This document shows positions 30,895 through 45,100 of a stretch of 64,000 nt of DNA, piece by piece; position 1 is the first letter of the stretch; each line of letters begins with the position of its first letter. Where the stretch lies: the NCBI GenBank assembly GCA_036172245.1, contig JAYWIR010000023.1, forward strand, positions 868,001-932,000, in the 5' to 3' direction. This DNA comes from Raillietiella orientalis. Taxonomy: Eukaryota. The translations under genes and the position numbers were made by a program. Under the pieces are notes generated by a model. That model had not been told where the DNA came from and ran no database searches. It worked only from the letters and a program-made list of their open reading frames with translations.

Positions 30895-33800
30895 TTAGTT
30901 TTGGAAAAGAGTGCGAGTAAAGTCAACATAATCGTATGCATTGGGGATGGTTCGTTCCGTCTTTGGATCCACATATGGTTTCATTCGAGAAACACAATAG
31001 TCTGCCATATCTTTTGCTAGATTCTGAAACAGAAGAATAAAAATAAAAACGATGTGCTGCCGGCCAAAAAATTACCGCATATAATTCATCTGCCGTTACA
31101 TAAGGTCTTTCATTAGATGTAATGGCACGGAAAGCATTTTCGATTTCTTCGGAGCTCTGCACATTCTCTGTTTCTTTACCAATTAAAAAGGCCATGTACT
31201 CTTGCAAGAACACATATCCATCACGGTTTGGATCAACCCAATCTGCCCAAACATTCAAGACTATATATAAGGAGAAACTGACTTACCTAAGATACTCTCA
31301 AATTCAGGATCTGCTTGGCCTTCTTCCACCATTGGCAGGTCATAACCTAGTGCTCGCAAGCAAGATTTGAATTCTTGATGATTTAGACGACCACTTTTGT
31401 CTTTATCGAAATGCCTAAAAACCTTGGGTACGAAAATCCGACAAACTATATGCGTACTTGAACATCATCGAAAACTCCTTCAAAGCATCTTCTGATACAC
31501 CACTCTGATTACGTGCTTGGATCTGCTGCTCCAGATTGTGTTGCATGCGCATGCCCAACTGGTCCAACTGGTCCCATTGTTGTGCAAGACCTACAGTACT
31601 ATGTTCTGTGTACCGATTATCTAAAATAAGATGTTCGCTCATGCGAGCACCCATTTCCTCTATTGTTCTTAATTCTATTCGATGGGCCCGCACTTCGGCT
31701 GCTTTACGTCTCAAAGCTTCCAATTGCTCTTCTAAGGTGCCTGAACCTTCCATCATCAATGCTCTGTAGAGCATATGATTTCAGCTAGTAAGTAATTTCT
31801 GCTTTGAAGCTCACCGAGTTTCTGTTAACCACTGATGAAAAGCATTGGCGTGCTGGGCAAACTGTTTGCGCAGCACATCATTTTCTTCTTGACGTTTGTG
31901 CTCTTTCCGTAAATCTAAGTCTCGATCTTTGATAATCTTCTGCAGATTCCTCCATGTATCCTCAAGTGCTTCCATAGTGAACCATGTATAAGGATTTGGT
32001 CCAACATTGAAACTTTTAATCTTCTGATCTAGTGCTGCTACTCCTTCAAAATCAGCTTGTGCAGAGGACAAAGAAGCTTGGAATTGTGCATGAGCCTCAC
32101 GAAGAGCTTTAATCTCTTCTACAGAATTGCATCGCACCGGATCTGTTAGATCTTCTTCTGCATTCTCAAACCATGAATTGAAGGCTGATGCTTTCTTGGC
32201 AAACATTAGGTAGAGATCTTCAATTTGTCTGAACTGGTCTTGTATGTGTAATAATCGCTGTTTGCGTGCTTCTGAATCAGCAAGCAATCTCTGCCATCTA
32301 ATAGAAATTTTGATAATCGAGCAAATATCCACGCTGCATAATACTCTTACTTGTTAATGACTTCATCATAACGTTTCTTGATATTCCCAGACTGACTATG
32401 ATGTGCTTGTAAGAGTTGGTCTTTCAATGATGTAATATTTTGGATTCCTTCTTGCTCAAACGCATGCAATCCTGCAAATAAATCCATAAAGAGAGAACCG
32501 AAACATACAATGAATCCATACCAGAATCATATAACCCCAAGCTTTCTTTCAGGATACATAATCGAAGGATGAGGAAATAGGATGGGTCTTTGGGATTTTG
32601 GAGAAGATACACAGGTGCACACAAATCTTACCTGCATCAAAAGTTTCTTGTTTGGTGAGTAATGTCTGCACTGAGGATAAGTCACGTCCGAAATCCTCTG
32701 AACGAACATGACCTTCTTTATCTACAATCCATGATTCAACTACATCTGCTTTCCACATGAACTGCAAGTATGCTGAATTATCGAGTAAGTTTCTTTTTCT
32801 GTGAGCAGCAATAGTGGCCAAAGTATCCAGCTTTTCTCGCAATTGCTGGCAGCGCTGAGTGATACTAGGTGAATGATGATTGTTTTCATCAATGAGTTTC
32901 TCCCCTTGTTTACAGATGTCACCACATCGATCACAGTGAACAGCTAAATCAGTTTCAAAGGCATCATGTTTCTTTAGCAATCCTTGCACAGCAGCCATAG
33001 TATCTCCATAATCTTCAATGGATAAGACTTGCTGTTTTTCACTGATCCAAGCTTCTTCTTCTTCAACTTTGGCCAAAAACTGCTGATAAATAAGAGATTC
33101 ATCTAGTTTCTGGCCTCGATCTCCAGCCATCTGTTTCAATTCAGCCCAAGTCTGGTTCAAAGCTCTCAAACGTTGCTCAATTTCAGGAACTCCCAAATTG
33201 GATACATGCATCAGTTTCTCTCCAGCTTCTTGGACACCTTGGATGGACGGCTCATGGCTGGCTAATTCAGCCTCCAGTCTTTTGTGCTTTTTTTTTAAAT
33301 TTTGCACACCAGTCAAATCCCGGCCATAATCATCAGAACCCACAAGCAATTTTTTCTCTCTACATTAAGATATTATATTTGAAAATTTAAAAAGACCTAC
33401 TTGATCCATGATTCCTCATCAGCTATATCACGGAAAAACTGATGCAATGTATTAGCTTCATTTAGACGAGCAGCACGATGTGCACACAAATTCTGAATAC
33501 GTTCGTATCTTTCATTGATTGATTGACATCGTTCTTGGATATTTGTAGCATCAAACTGCCCACTGTCAATGAGGGATTCAGCCTGATTGTTCATATCTGA
33601 AGAGCAAATAATTACTTGAATACTTGAATAGAGTAGCAGGTCTAACCTTTGATGCGATCATCGTGAGTTTGGATGTCTGCTTCCACAAGCTGGTGTTTTT
33701 TAATCAGATTCTGCACGGACGCTAAATCCTTTCCAGAATCTTCTGAGGTCAATAAGGACTCCATCTATAATGAATAAAGGAACATAGAAAAACGAGCACA

Positions 33801-36800
33801 AGTTACAAGTTGCTGACCTCTCCTAGCCAAAAATCCAGATCTTTGACAGCAGCCATATATGTCTTTTGTTTGTTAGCCTCTTTTAACTTCTGAGATTTTT
33901 CGGTAGTTTTCCGGGTCAAAATATCCCATTGCTCACTAATAGAGGCCAGCCGAGTGCCCACTGCATCTTCTGAACCAGCACATTGGTGCTTATCAATCAA
34001 ATTCTGTCCAACACCCAACAAGGACTGAATACGATCAGCATTAGCAGCCAGCTCTGCTTCAAAAGCTTGATGTTTTTGATGTTTTGATTGGATATTAGCT
34101 GGATCTTTATAATTCTCTTCAGAAGCAAGTTGTAGTTTCTCTGCCATCCAATTTTCAATCTCATCTGCATCTCTGCTGAACTGTTGCAAAGTCTGGGATT
34201 CTCCTAACTTTGATCTCTTCTCTATGAGTGCCTCTTTGAGACGTTTCCAGCGATTTAACACTTCTTCTTGCTTTGCCTCGATAGATGGAGCTGCATAGTG
34301 ATCTGCTTTCACTAGCTGGTCAGCAAGAATGACCAGTGCAGCAATCTTCTCCTCTTGTGAGCCAATGGCTTTGTCAAAGTCTTCATGTTTTTTAATCAAT
34401 GCTTCTACATTATCCCCCTTGCTGTTCACTTGCTCCTGAGCTAGAAAAGCTTCTCTAGCTGACATCCAATTTTCAGCTTGTTCACAATCTCGATAAAACA
34501 ACTGAAGCTCCAAACACTGATCTAGTTTAGCACGACGATCTACCCAAGCACTAAAATATGCACAGTAAACAACAACATGGTAAAAATCATTAACCTTTCT
34601 AGTTCTTTGCGTGCTTTATTAAGCTCTTCTAATTTCTTAATAATTTCACTGGAAGCAAAATGTTTGGCCTGCAGTAGCTGTTGTCCAAACATTTCAATCA
34701 AAGCGAAGCTTGAAGTCCGAGCATCAATTTCAGTTCTATGTTCCTAAAAAATAAAGCAATAAATCAATGTGCGACCTTTGTTACTACGTTATGCATATGT
34801 ATGCACACCAAAAAAAATCGTTAGTAGCCCTACAGGACATGCTAGCACACTAGTTAGTAAAACATGACCTGTTGCCCTGACCTGCAGGATGCCATACTTC
34901 GCATCCATTTCTATTCTATAATTCTATAGACAAAAGACTCCCTGCACTAACTCCTAAAGTAATTGCTCACTGACCTGATGGCGTTCCAACAATGCTTCTG
35001 CACTTGTAACATCATCAGCCAATTCATCACTAGATACCAATGCTTTCATACTATTAATCCATGACATAAGATCACGATAGTCACTAAGGAAGCGTTGCAA
35101 GTCATAGGAATCTAGCAGCTTCTCTTTACGGCTATTGGCTTTAGCAATTAAACGTTCCCACGCTTCATTGATCTCTTGTTGTTTTTTGAAAACAGCATCA
35201 TCAGTATCAGGATGAGTTTGCATTAGACGGTTAGCTGTTTCATCCAATTGCTGAATCTAATGAAGCGTTATTTTCACCTCCTTCTTTACCTAATTTACCT
35301 TATCACCAAGTGCTGCCAGGTCTCGTTCTAAACCTTCATGTTTCCTCTGCAACCGCTGAACACTTTTGAGATCCTTTCCCAAGTCATCATTATTCAAAGC
35401 CTCATCTTTTTCCTCAATCCAATCTTTGGTCTCATCTACATCACGATGGAAGCGCTGCACTTCATGTGCAGATCCCAACTGATTTGCTCTTTCAGCTGCC
35501 ACTTGCTGAAGCTGGGACCATTTTGTATTGAGATCCTGCAAGTATTGGTCCTGTAGATAGAACAAATATTTAATCACTCACATCAATTTGGGTTTGAATT
35601 TTAAGAGCAGCTTCAGTTTGACCTAATGTGACTAGTTGCATAGCCATTTCATTCATATCAGATAGTCGTGCTTCATTAGCCTTAAGATCTGCTTGGAAAT
35701 CATCAAATTTCTTTTGCATAACTTCCACTTGCTCCAAGTCATCGCCAATGTCTTCCAGTTGTGCATACTGTTCTTTATTACGGATCCAATTAGTCAATTC
35801 AGCAGCTTCCCGAACAAGGACATATCCTCGAACAGTATCAGCTAATTTCTTTAGACGATCTTGGCCAAGAGACAAGAGGCTATGGTACTGTTGCTCAATT
35901 TGATTCTGACGAGCTGCAACAGAGTTGCCATCTGACAAATTCTGAAGAGATGATGAAATGACAGGATCAATTTTCTTAAGATATGCTGAAGGTACAAATC
36001 CCTGCCGATCATTCACCTCCACTTTCCACCAATCCTAGTGATGCTGGTACTCGTTCACAAACAAGAAAATACATACCTTGTTGTTGGAATTGAGAACAGT
36101 TAAAACATCACCCTTCTTCATAGAAACTTCACGAGGAGATTTTTCTGTGTAATCATACAATGCTATTACACATTCTTTCCCAGTGATGTCTGTTGTAGGT
36201 GTTTCTTGTTGCTGCAAGTCTTAATCATAAACTTCCTATGTCAGTCTCACCTTACTTTACATTCTTTGGCCTGTTCTTTAAGAGCTTCAATAGTGTTGTG
36301 AAACGCTTCCAAATCAGACATAAGAGCTTCATGCTTCTTCAGAAGTGCATCTGTTGAATCTTCATCTTTGCCATAGTCCTGACTCCCCACAATAGGTTCT
36401 TTTTCTCTCATCCAAGATTCTGCTTCATTAGCATCAGCAAAGTATTGATGAACATGCAATGAGTCGATGAGATCTTGTTCCCGGTGCTCCGCCTTTTCCT
36501 TCAATGATAACCAATCATCATTAAGCACTTGCAAACGTCGCTGAATTTCTTCTGATAGAAAATGTCGCTTTTCAATCATTAGCGTTCCTGCATTGGTTAC
36601 ATCAGTGATTCGACTCTGATGATTGTTGATTTCAGCTAGCACTGTTTGATGTTTTTTAATCAAATTTTGAACGCCAATCAGATCACGTCCTAAGAAAAGT
36701 TGGTTCAAAGGCTAAAATGTATTGATATTGTACCTCTGTTGTTACTGCCTGCAATTGGTTCTTTTTCCCGAATCCAAGCCTCTTCATCTTCAATATCCCG

Positions 36801-39800
36801 AAAGAGCTGCTGCCCATTTAGGGAATCTTTCAATCGTCTACGACGATTCTTTAAAGGTATCTGCAGAGCCTTATATCGCTCTGCTAGATTATCCTTTACA
36901 TACAGCTTAGAGATCAGAAAAACAAAAAGAAAAATGCAACTTACCGCTTTTAACTTAATATTATCTGCATCAAAATGACTTGTAGATTGAAATTCCGTAG
37001 CATCCTGGCGCACAGCTTCAACTCTATCCTTACGAGAAGCAATATCAGCTTCTAACAAGTTGTGCTTCTTTTGAAGATTCTGTACACTGGTCAAATCCTG
37101 CAAATCCACGAGTTAACGATAAAATCCATAATATATTAAGAGTAATTACGTTTGTTGCTTCAAAATGCTACTTACTTTGCCATAATCATCACTCTGCAAT
37201 TGAGCTTCAATCTCACTAATCCAAAGTTCTATGTCCTCAATTCCATGGCTGAACTGTTGACCTCTTTGGGCATCTTTCAATTTAGCACCTTTCTTCTCGC
37301 TAGCTTGCCACAAATTATTCCAAAGAACAGAAATTTCTGTCACACGTTGTTCAATGCGTGGAGAAGCATAATGTCCAGCCTGAATGAGTTCATTACCAAC
37401 TGACGTCACTTCATCTATACAAGGCCGATTAGCAAGCAGTTCCTGCTCAAAATTCTGATGCTTTTGAAGTTTTCCATTCAAATTAGTGGGATCCTACATC
37501 AGCTATATTGAGTGTAAAATTTAATTCTCAAGCTTACCATGTAATTTTCATCTGTCGCTACTTTAAGCTTCTCATTGATCCATCCCTTAGTTTCATCACA
37601 ATCTCTCTCAAACTGCTGCAAGCGATAAGACTCATCTAACATAAAACGTCGATTATTTGATTTGTCTAAAAGTGCTAAGCGTCGCTCTAGAAGCTAAAAA
37701 AGAGTTGCTTTTTCTGAAATATACATCCAATGATCCTGACCAACTGCCTGCGATGCGCCACATCATCAAGTGCATAATGCTGCTCATTAATAAGCTTGGT
37801 AGCAAAAACCTCCAAAACTTTGATCTTTTCTTCTTGTGCAGCTAAAGATTTCTCAAAATCCTCGTGCTTTTTTATAAGGGCTTCCACAGAATCTAAAGAA
37901 TCGCCAAGATCGTCACTGATCAGGAAAGCTTCTTGCTTGGCCATAATTGCATCAGCTTGTTCAGTATCGCGATAAAATAATTGCAGATCCAAACACTGTT
38001 CATAAAGAATTCGTCTATCTTCCCACAGTTTCAATAAGGAATTCTTCTCGGATCTTAAGGTGTCAAGCTTTTCTTTCACATCCTCAGAAGCAAAATGTCC
38101 TGCATCAAGCAACTTTTGGCCAGATGCCATTGTATTCTGGAAATTATCGCTATGGGCATCGATTTCTCCTTTGTGTTCCTGATGACATTCTAACAGAGCT
38201 TCAGCTCCTGAGACTTCTTTGGCTAACTCATCAGCCAGTATAATCGTTTTCATGTCTGCAATCCAAGACATCAGATCACGATAATCAACCAAAAAACAGT
38301 GCAGCAAGTAGGACTCATCTAAGCGCCTTTTTCGATCCTGAAGTCGATAATTAATTGGTACACAATCTTAATCGACAAATTGTACCTGAGCTTTTCCCTT
38401 TAGATTTTGCCAGTTGTTTACTATAACTTCATGTTTTGTTTTGATTTGATCACTGTTCTCAGGATGTGTGTAACACAGATGTTCAGCCTCTTCACCCAAA
38501 TTGCTCACTTTGTCCTCCAGAGCTGCTAAATCTCTCTCCATTCCCTCATGTTTTCTCTGTAACAAATTGGTACATGACAGGAACTACCTTTCATCTTTTG
38601 TTATAGACCTGTAATGCTTGCACACTAGCAAGGTCTTTGCCTAAGTCATCTGAAGACAAAACTGAATCTTTCTCCAAAATCCAGGCAACCGTCTCATCAG
38701 CATCTCGATTGAATCTTTGAATTTCATGGGCCCCAAATAAACGCTCCTGTCTAAGAATAGCCATCTGTTTCAAATGCTGCCAAGCTTCCAACATTTCCTG
38801 CAATTACTATAATCTTGTCATGCTACCCACAACAACTGACCTCCTTTCTTTTGATTATCTGGTCTTTTTCAGGATGATGTTCTTCAATTAATCGATTTGC
38901 AAATTCACATACTTCCAAAACCCGATATTCCTGAGAAGCCATATCTTTTTGAAATTCATCAAACTTTCTCTGCAAGACTTCGACATGCTCAAGATCATTA
39001 CCAAACTCATCTGCACTGACGAAAGTTTCCTACATATTACACACATTTGTTATTTCTTGACCACTCATTCATTTGTACACTAATAACTTGATTACCTTAT
39101 CACTTATCCAGAACATGACTTCATCACACTGTCTCAAGAATTGCACTAACACTAATGCCTGTTGCAATTTCATACCTTTTTCTGCTAGACGAGAAAGAAG
39201 CAGTTCCCATAAATCATGCAATTCTTCTACAAAAGAGTAAGTATATCATAATCTCCTCAATACCTATAAACAACTTGCCTAATCTTTTTTTGATAGCAGC
39301 GGATTCAAAATGATTCTGATTAATCATTTCCCAACCAGTATTATCTAGTACCACAATTGCATTGCTGTGAGCTGATACTTCAGCCTCGAATGCTTGATGT
39401 TTCTGAATTTTCGCCTGAAACGGGCTTGTAGATAAATTTGTGACACAGCAGTGAATAACCTGTAAATTGGATGCATCCTTGTAGCTTTCATCAGATGCAG
39501 TTTGCAATTTTTCATAGATCCACGACTCCAGTTCATCACAATCTCGTTTGAAGTACTAAATATTTGCAAATTAAGGGTCAGTTACACATAACAAAATACT
39601 CATCACTTTTAAAACAAAAACAGTTTAATTTGTATATATTCGTTTGGAGGAAGAGAATCTCCGGCTTTTTTTAACACGACATTTTTCGATGGTTATTACG
39701 AAGCTCACAACAAGTTATATTAAAAAATACGCAGTTGACCAATAAAAGCTATAACAAATAAGAAAAACTATGCACTTGTGTTTTCAATGATAAATCCGTT

Positions 39801-42122
39801 TCCTCATAAATTAATGTATGCATGTACTAATTACATGCCTTCCCTTGTGGGAATATACCAAAACCATGCGTATCTTCTTAAGCAATTTGCATACATGAAT
39901 GATTTACATGATGGTAATTTCAATCAACTACTAATTTCAAACAAAGATAAGAACACCTCTATGATTATACAAACATATGTTCAATGTGGGGAGACATAAT
40001 GTGATGACCTGAACATTTTCATACAAAGTATTATGGAGCCAAACTCCCAAATGGAAAATTATGAAATGTATGCAAGAAATATAGCTTATCCAATTAAAAA
40101 ACATTTGTATTGTAAGTGTACAAATTCACAGAAGCAAACTCTCTAAGTAGGCATGAAAAATGATGAAACTCCCATGCAGCGTTAACTTTTTTACCAGGGA
40201 ACGGTACCAAATTTGTAATATTGCAAGCAGTGCAGCAATTACGTACTATGACATGATAAATAATATAAAAACCAAATCAATTACGTTATTCACACTGAGC
40301 ATACAATGTACTTAAACTGTAATCAGCTTATGTTACAAATTTAAATTAAGTAACATTACACCTGATGTGCAATTTTATGATAAGCAATAGAACAGAAAGA
40401 ATTACAATTTTTGGCTATAGGAAACTCATTTGGCCAACTGGCCAACTCATTTAAAACAACAATAAACATTAAACAGTACGATATTTTTTGAAAGTAATGA
40501 AAATAAAAAAAAAATTGAATATCTGGGAGAGATTTCCCATTACATGGTGTTTTTCTTGTATTTATCCACAGCTCGCAAAACAAAACACTGATATCAAGAA
40601 TACTGCCAATCAATGTTTTCTGTTATTTTCTACTCAACTCCGATCCTGTCGCATATTTTAAAGTCTCAATACATAACAAGAGCTGCAACTTGAACTTGGA
40701 CCTGTTCACGGAGAAAAGAATATAATGGAGACAAAACAAAGGCTGCAAATAAGAATCAAAGAACTTGAATGCAAACGCATTAATTATAGTGATAAAAGAA
40801 ACACTATGTAAGGTTCAGACCTGCTCAGCATTAAAAGGAAACAATAGGAAATTCCAAAACGTATTGCTAAATCCATGAAGGGGTAAAACACTTGGATATC
40901 CCAAAACATGGACATAATTTACACATTAATGTCAAGAATCACATTAGATTTTCTAACTAATAGGCCAAAAAGAAAAAGCAGTTCATAACAATAGGTCATG
41001 TACATTACAACAGCTGAAACTCAAGTCTTACGACATAGAGGAATGGTTGGGAAAAAAATACCCTAATACGTTTTGTTGAATGATAAGCCTATATGTTATT
41101 TTCAAAGGAACTGTTTGTGAATGATAAGTAATTCCTGAAGGGAAAAGAGTGATCCATCTTTCAAAACAGATTGCAACGTTACAAAGAACCAACATACATA
41201 AAACTTTCTGCAAACATAGAAATAAAACTTACGAAGAAAAATTCTTAAATGTTATGCACACAACATCTTTTAAAATTTATCATCTTTTGCTGAAAAAATA
41301 ATCTAGGTAAGGAATCAAATCACATGACAGAATCACTATTGATTTGCAGTTTCATATCATGCAATACATATGCTGAACTTGAATTCTAACATACACGCTG
41401 ATACAAAAAGTTACTGACAAACTTGACAGTACAGAAGCACACAAAGTTTTACTCATAAACTTTTACATAAATGTTTACTCAGGTTTCTGGGACTGGGTTC
41501 GGTACTCTAAGCAAATATGGTGAATCGCATGTAAAACTTTCAAGAAATCATTTCCTTTTCAGTAGGCATGCTTATTGGTGTGTTAAGATGACTTCATAAA
41601 TGAGCTATGAGCAAGAGGGCACATATTTTTGTGAAAAGTGCAGATCGATAAAGTGCAGGGCATACGAGGAGCTCATCACGATGCGAGTTTCAGAAATTAA
41701 TTCATTTTTTCTGAACTTCTACGTCCGTACATGCAGGAATTTTGTTTGGATTAATTCCGTTCGATTCTGCTAAATACTCAACAGGGCACCGATAGTTTTC
41801 CGCCCAACGAAAGGGAAGACACCGCACCAACATTTACTTTCGTGAAATTTTAAAATTTTCTACGAAGATGGAATACTCAGTGAGTGGAAAATAGCTGATC
41901 ATAGCATATTACGACGGAAGGCAGGTTAAAAAATCCTACTTTTCACGGTAGGGAGCGAGCATCCATTACCTGGTATTTCCGGGATTCATGTAGCTTATCC
42001 CTTTTATTGCGTGCTTCCAATTTACACTGAGCATACCTCGTCAAAACAGAATTACGTCTCTCCTGTATATCTTCCACAGTCTCCAAAACTTTTACATCAT
42101 TCACAACAACGGACTGATCCAT
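30895..42122 (-). CDS. alpha-Spec: Alpha-spectrin, full length, multi-exon
   Basis: Exon 1 41970-42122 ([23 protein letters not shown]), 2.4-kb intron 1, exon 2 39460-39555. Then spectrin repeats, SH3 ([19 protein letters not shown]...[15 protein letters not shown], ~36000-36210), C-terminal EF-hands (FDKDKSG, VDPNRDG), ending [12 protein letters not shown] at 30895. Collinear with arthropod alpha-spectrin. Confidence 0.98.
34882..34923 (-). other. Candidate 42-nt cassette exon of alpha-spectrin ([14 protein letters not shown])
   Basis: Flanked by tctatag| and |gtcagg, phase 0-0, no stop. Leaves a typical 51-nt upstream intron. The peptide resembles the start of the next exon (EHRTEIDAR). 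Confidence 0.65.
40697..40775 (+). mobile_element. Penelope-like element GIY-YIG endonuclease remnant in spectrin intron 1 (duplicated at ~51986-52064)
   Basis: [11 protein letters not shown](E)[12 protein letters not shown] with one frameshift, resembling the Penelope C..YIGETK..L..RIKEH motif. Confidence 0.45.
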
Positions 42123-45100
42123 TCCGACCGCAGAAGCACCTACTGACACACCTCCGACTCCGACCCAGCCTCGCCCCTATACTTGGGCCTCCACAGAAGA
42201 CCGCCGTTGCGCAACCAAAAATAGTTGCAGAATCGAATTTGAAAAGTAGAGAATATTGTAGAGATGCTACAGCATGTAGTGCAGCAAGTGCATTTGAGCC
42301 AGATTCCTTCCTCCCAAAATCGTAAGGATTTGTTCAATGTCTGTCTATTGCAAGAAAACATTACGTAGTTTTCCAAATGATCGTTTGCTTCCTTAAAGAG
42401 TCACTCGGACATTTCTTCCAAAGTTTTAGTTTCATTGTCCAATTTATGCAATGGACATTGGGTATGGTTCTATTTCTAGTTGGTTTTCCTTTATCATCAT
42501 CAGTCTGCAACACGCTATGACGAATTAACAAGAACAAGGTCTTACAGTCACTGAGAAGTGATCAAAAAAAAAGTTCACTGGAAGTTCCCAAAGAGGATTT
42601 CGCTCCTTTGTGAAATTTCATAATTCATTTCGTTGTTTGGATTCGAAAATTCGACGAATGCTACTAAATGATTTCAGTGAACGTAGGTAGGACCTACTTC
42701 GATATTTCTCTCTTGTGCCGCTGCTAAACTGAAACCCACAAGAAGATGCACAGAGCTGTTAAGACAAGTGTACGAATTGTGACAGCACTGTATCGTGATG
42801 TAAGTTGTCTGTAGTGAAGTACCAATATTTTCACATCGAGAAACTGTCAGCTTCTTTGGTGAGCTAATGGACTCTTGAACGCAGAATTTCATTCAAAGAA
42901 CTCACAAGCAGACTTCCGAGTACGAAGAATTAATAGCACACGTGACCTTTGATCTGAACGAAGATTGCTTGCTTTCACAAAGAGACAGATTTTCCAAAAT
43001 GTTTCTGAGACGACATCTAATGACGTTCGTGATGCATTGAAGCTGTTTGTATCGTTATCACTTCAGCTGTCATGCAGTGCTTTGCAAGTGATGACGATAT
43101 TAGGAAGGCAAGGAAAAATTGGGAATGACCCCGGAACACAACTACGGCTGCAAATAATATTTTCGCCAACATTGACACTTGGAAGCAAGCTAAGATTAGC
43201 ATCGTTGATTAGTATTTTATACTATTTTATTTATTTAAATTGCCGACAAATTTTATACTTTTAATGGAAAACTTGTTGTCAGAATCATTAATTTGAATTT
43301 CTACTTTTCTTGCTGTTTATCCATTTACAAGGTCCAGTGATTGTGTTGCTGTAAATCGACCGTAGTAGTTCAATTCCTTGAAGTTGAATCTCGTTTATTT
43401 GCATAACATTACAGATAACATAACATTGCAGATATTTTTTGAATATTAGTTGTGTGTATTGTAGCTTTACCACGGTTTCCCAATTCTTTTCTTTTTCAAT
43501 TTTTAAAAAATCCAACAAATGTCTAAGGCCAACTAACGCCTGCAGGTGTGAATTTTCACACAACTTTTTGTAAAAATTCTTCATGCTGCGAAAAATTTTC
43601 GAATCTACACAGATATAGAACAAATGTGTGAAACCTTCGGTTTATACAACAATTGATGAAATTTAATTGGTTTATTTTTATTTGCTCATTTATATGGCAA
43701 ATGTGAAAGTCAACTGCACAAATTGATGCCTTCTAGGAATGCTCTTTAATTAGTTCTTGAATCGCTCAGAACAGATACTGCGACTGCAGCAAAAAATCAT
43801 TTGAGAATCTTCGAATGTCTTGAGGCTTTTGTGGTTACATATAGTTTGTTCGTTGTGCAGTTAGGTTTCCCATTAAATGATGAACGAACAGAATACATTG
43901 CACGCTTATTTTTAATAATTGTGAAAACATCACACCAGCATCTAAAGAAGCTTACTAATTTGTAGCAAGGACACGCAAGTCTACACACTTGGACTTTCGC
44001 CATACTAATAGCATTTCACGAACCTATGATTTAGACCAATTATTCAAATTCTAATTACTAATTTAAAGTTGATTTGTATCACTAGGTGGGAAAAGAAGCG
44101 GTAACGAATCAGAATCACAAAGATGAGAAAATATTCACAAAAATACGGGAAAATGGGTGCGTGAAGGGTTGTCGAGAATGTTTGTCATGATGGCCTTAAT
44201 ATGCGCAAATCGCTGTTCACAAAGCGGAAAGCATTCTAAACAACATCCAAATTCTAGCAAAATTCTGATACTTGGAGCTAACCGCAAAAGGAAATAGAAA
44301 AGTTATTTGATCAATCGGAAGATGCAAGAAATGAAGAACCTTATAAATGCTATATAGAGCACACGAGATTTGTGCCCACTGGTCAATATGTGAATATTCG
44401 ATGGCGAGAAAAGATGGAGAACAGCAGTTTAAACGGTTTGATGTCCATTTTCTTTATTGTAAGTGTGCATCTCCGACGGAGATAGCATTTCACAAACGTA
44501 TGATTTAAGACAATATCCTGCTGCACAAATTTTCATTTAAAAAACTTTTACTCGATCCCCTTTTTATTGGCAAATTTTCGCATTGTCAATACAGTCGAGT
44601 ACTTGCTTCATCCTTACATAAACATTGCGTCTTGGTAAGAAATCTTCCAAACAGTGTGACCTAGGAAGAAAGAAAAAAAAAACCAACTCTTGCAATTAAC
44701 TTCGAATTCGAATTCTCATAGTTGAAGTGCATTTTTCGATACAAACCACACATGCAGAATCAAATTTGAACAAGATGTATTCATTATATATTCTCTTAGC
44801 TATTCATAAACATATTAGTCATGTGGTTTTGGGTTTTCATGTCACATACTTATGTCACATCACAAGCAAACATGAACCAGTAGATCGTAACCTTCACTCT
44901 GGAGTTCAGTTGTGTTGGCAGTACTTTCGCAGACTCGGAACTGTGTGTTTCTTCGAAATTCCCCATGTAATAGTCCATGAGGGAAGTTACGGGATATCCT
45001 GATGCTAATACTTACACAACATAAACAGGGTGCAATTGAGTCCTGAGAATATTCGACGCTAATTTGAACAGAGTTCAAAGGTAATGGGTTTACTTGAGTG

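Noticed and set aside
35536..35551. Tandem acceptors that could add DQYLQ to spectrin
   Set aside because: The proximal acceptor would leave a 31-nt intron; the distal one gives 46 nt and a gap-free alignment.
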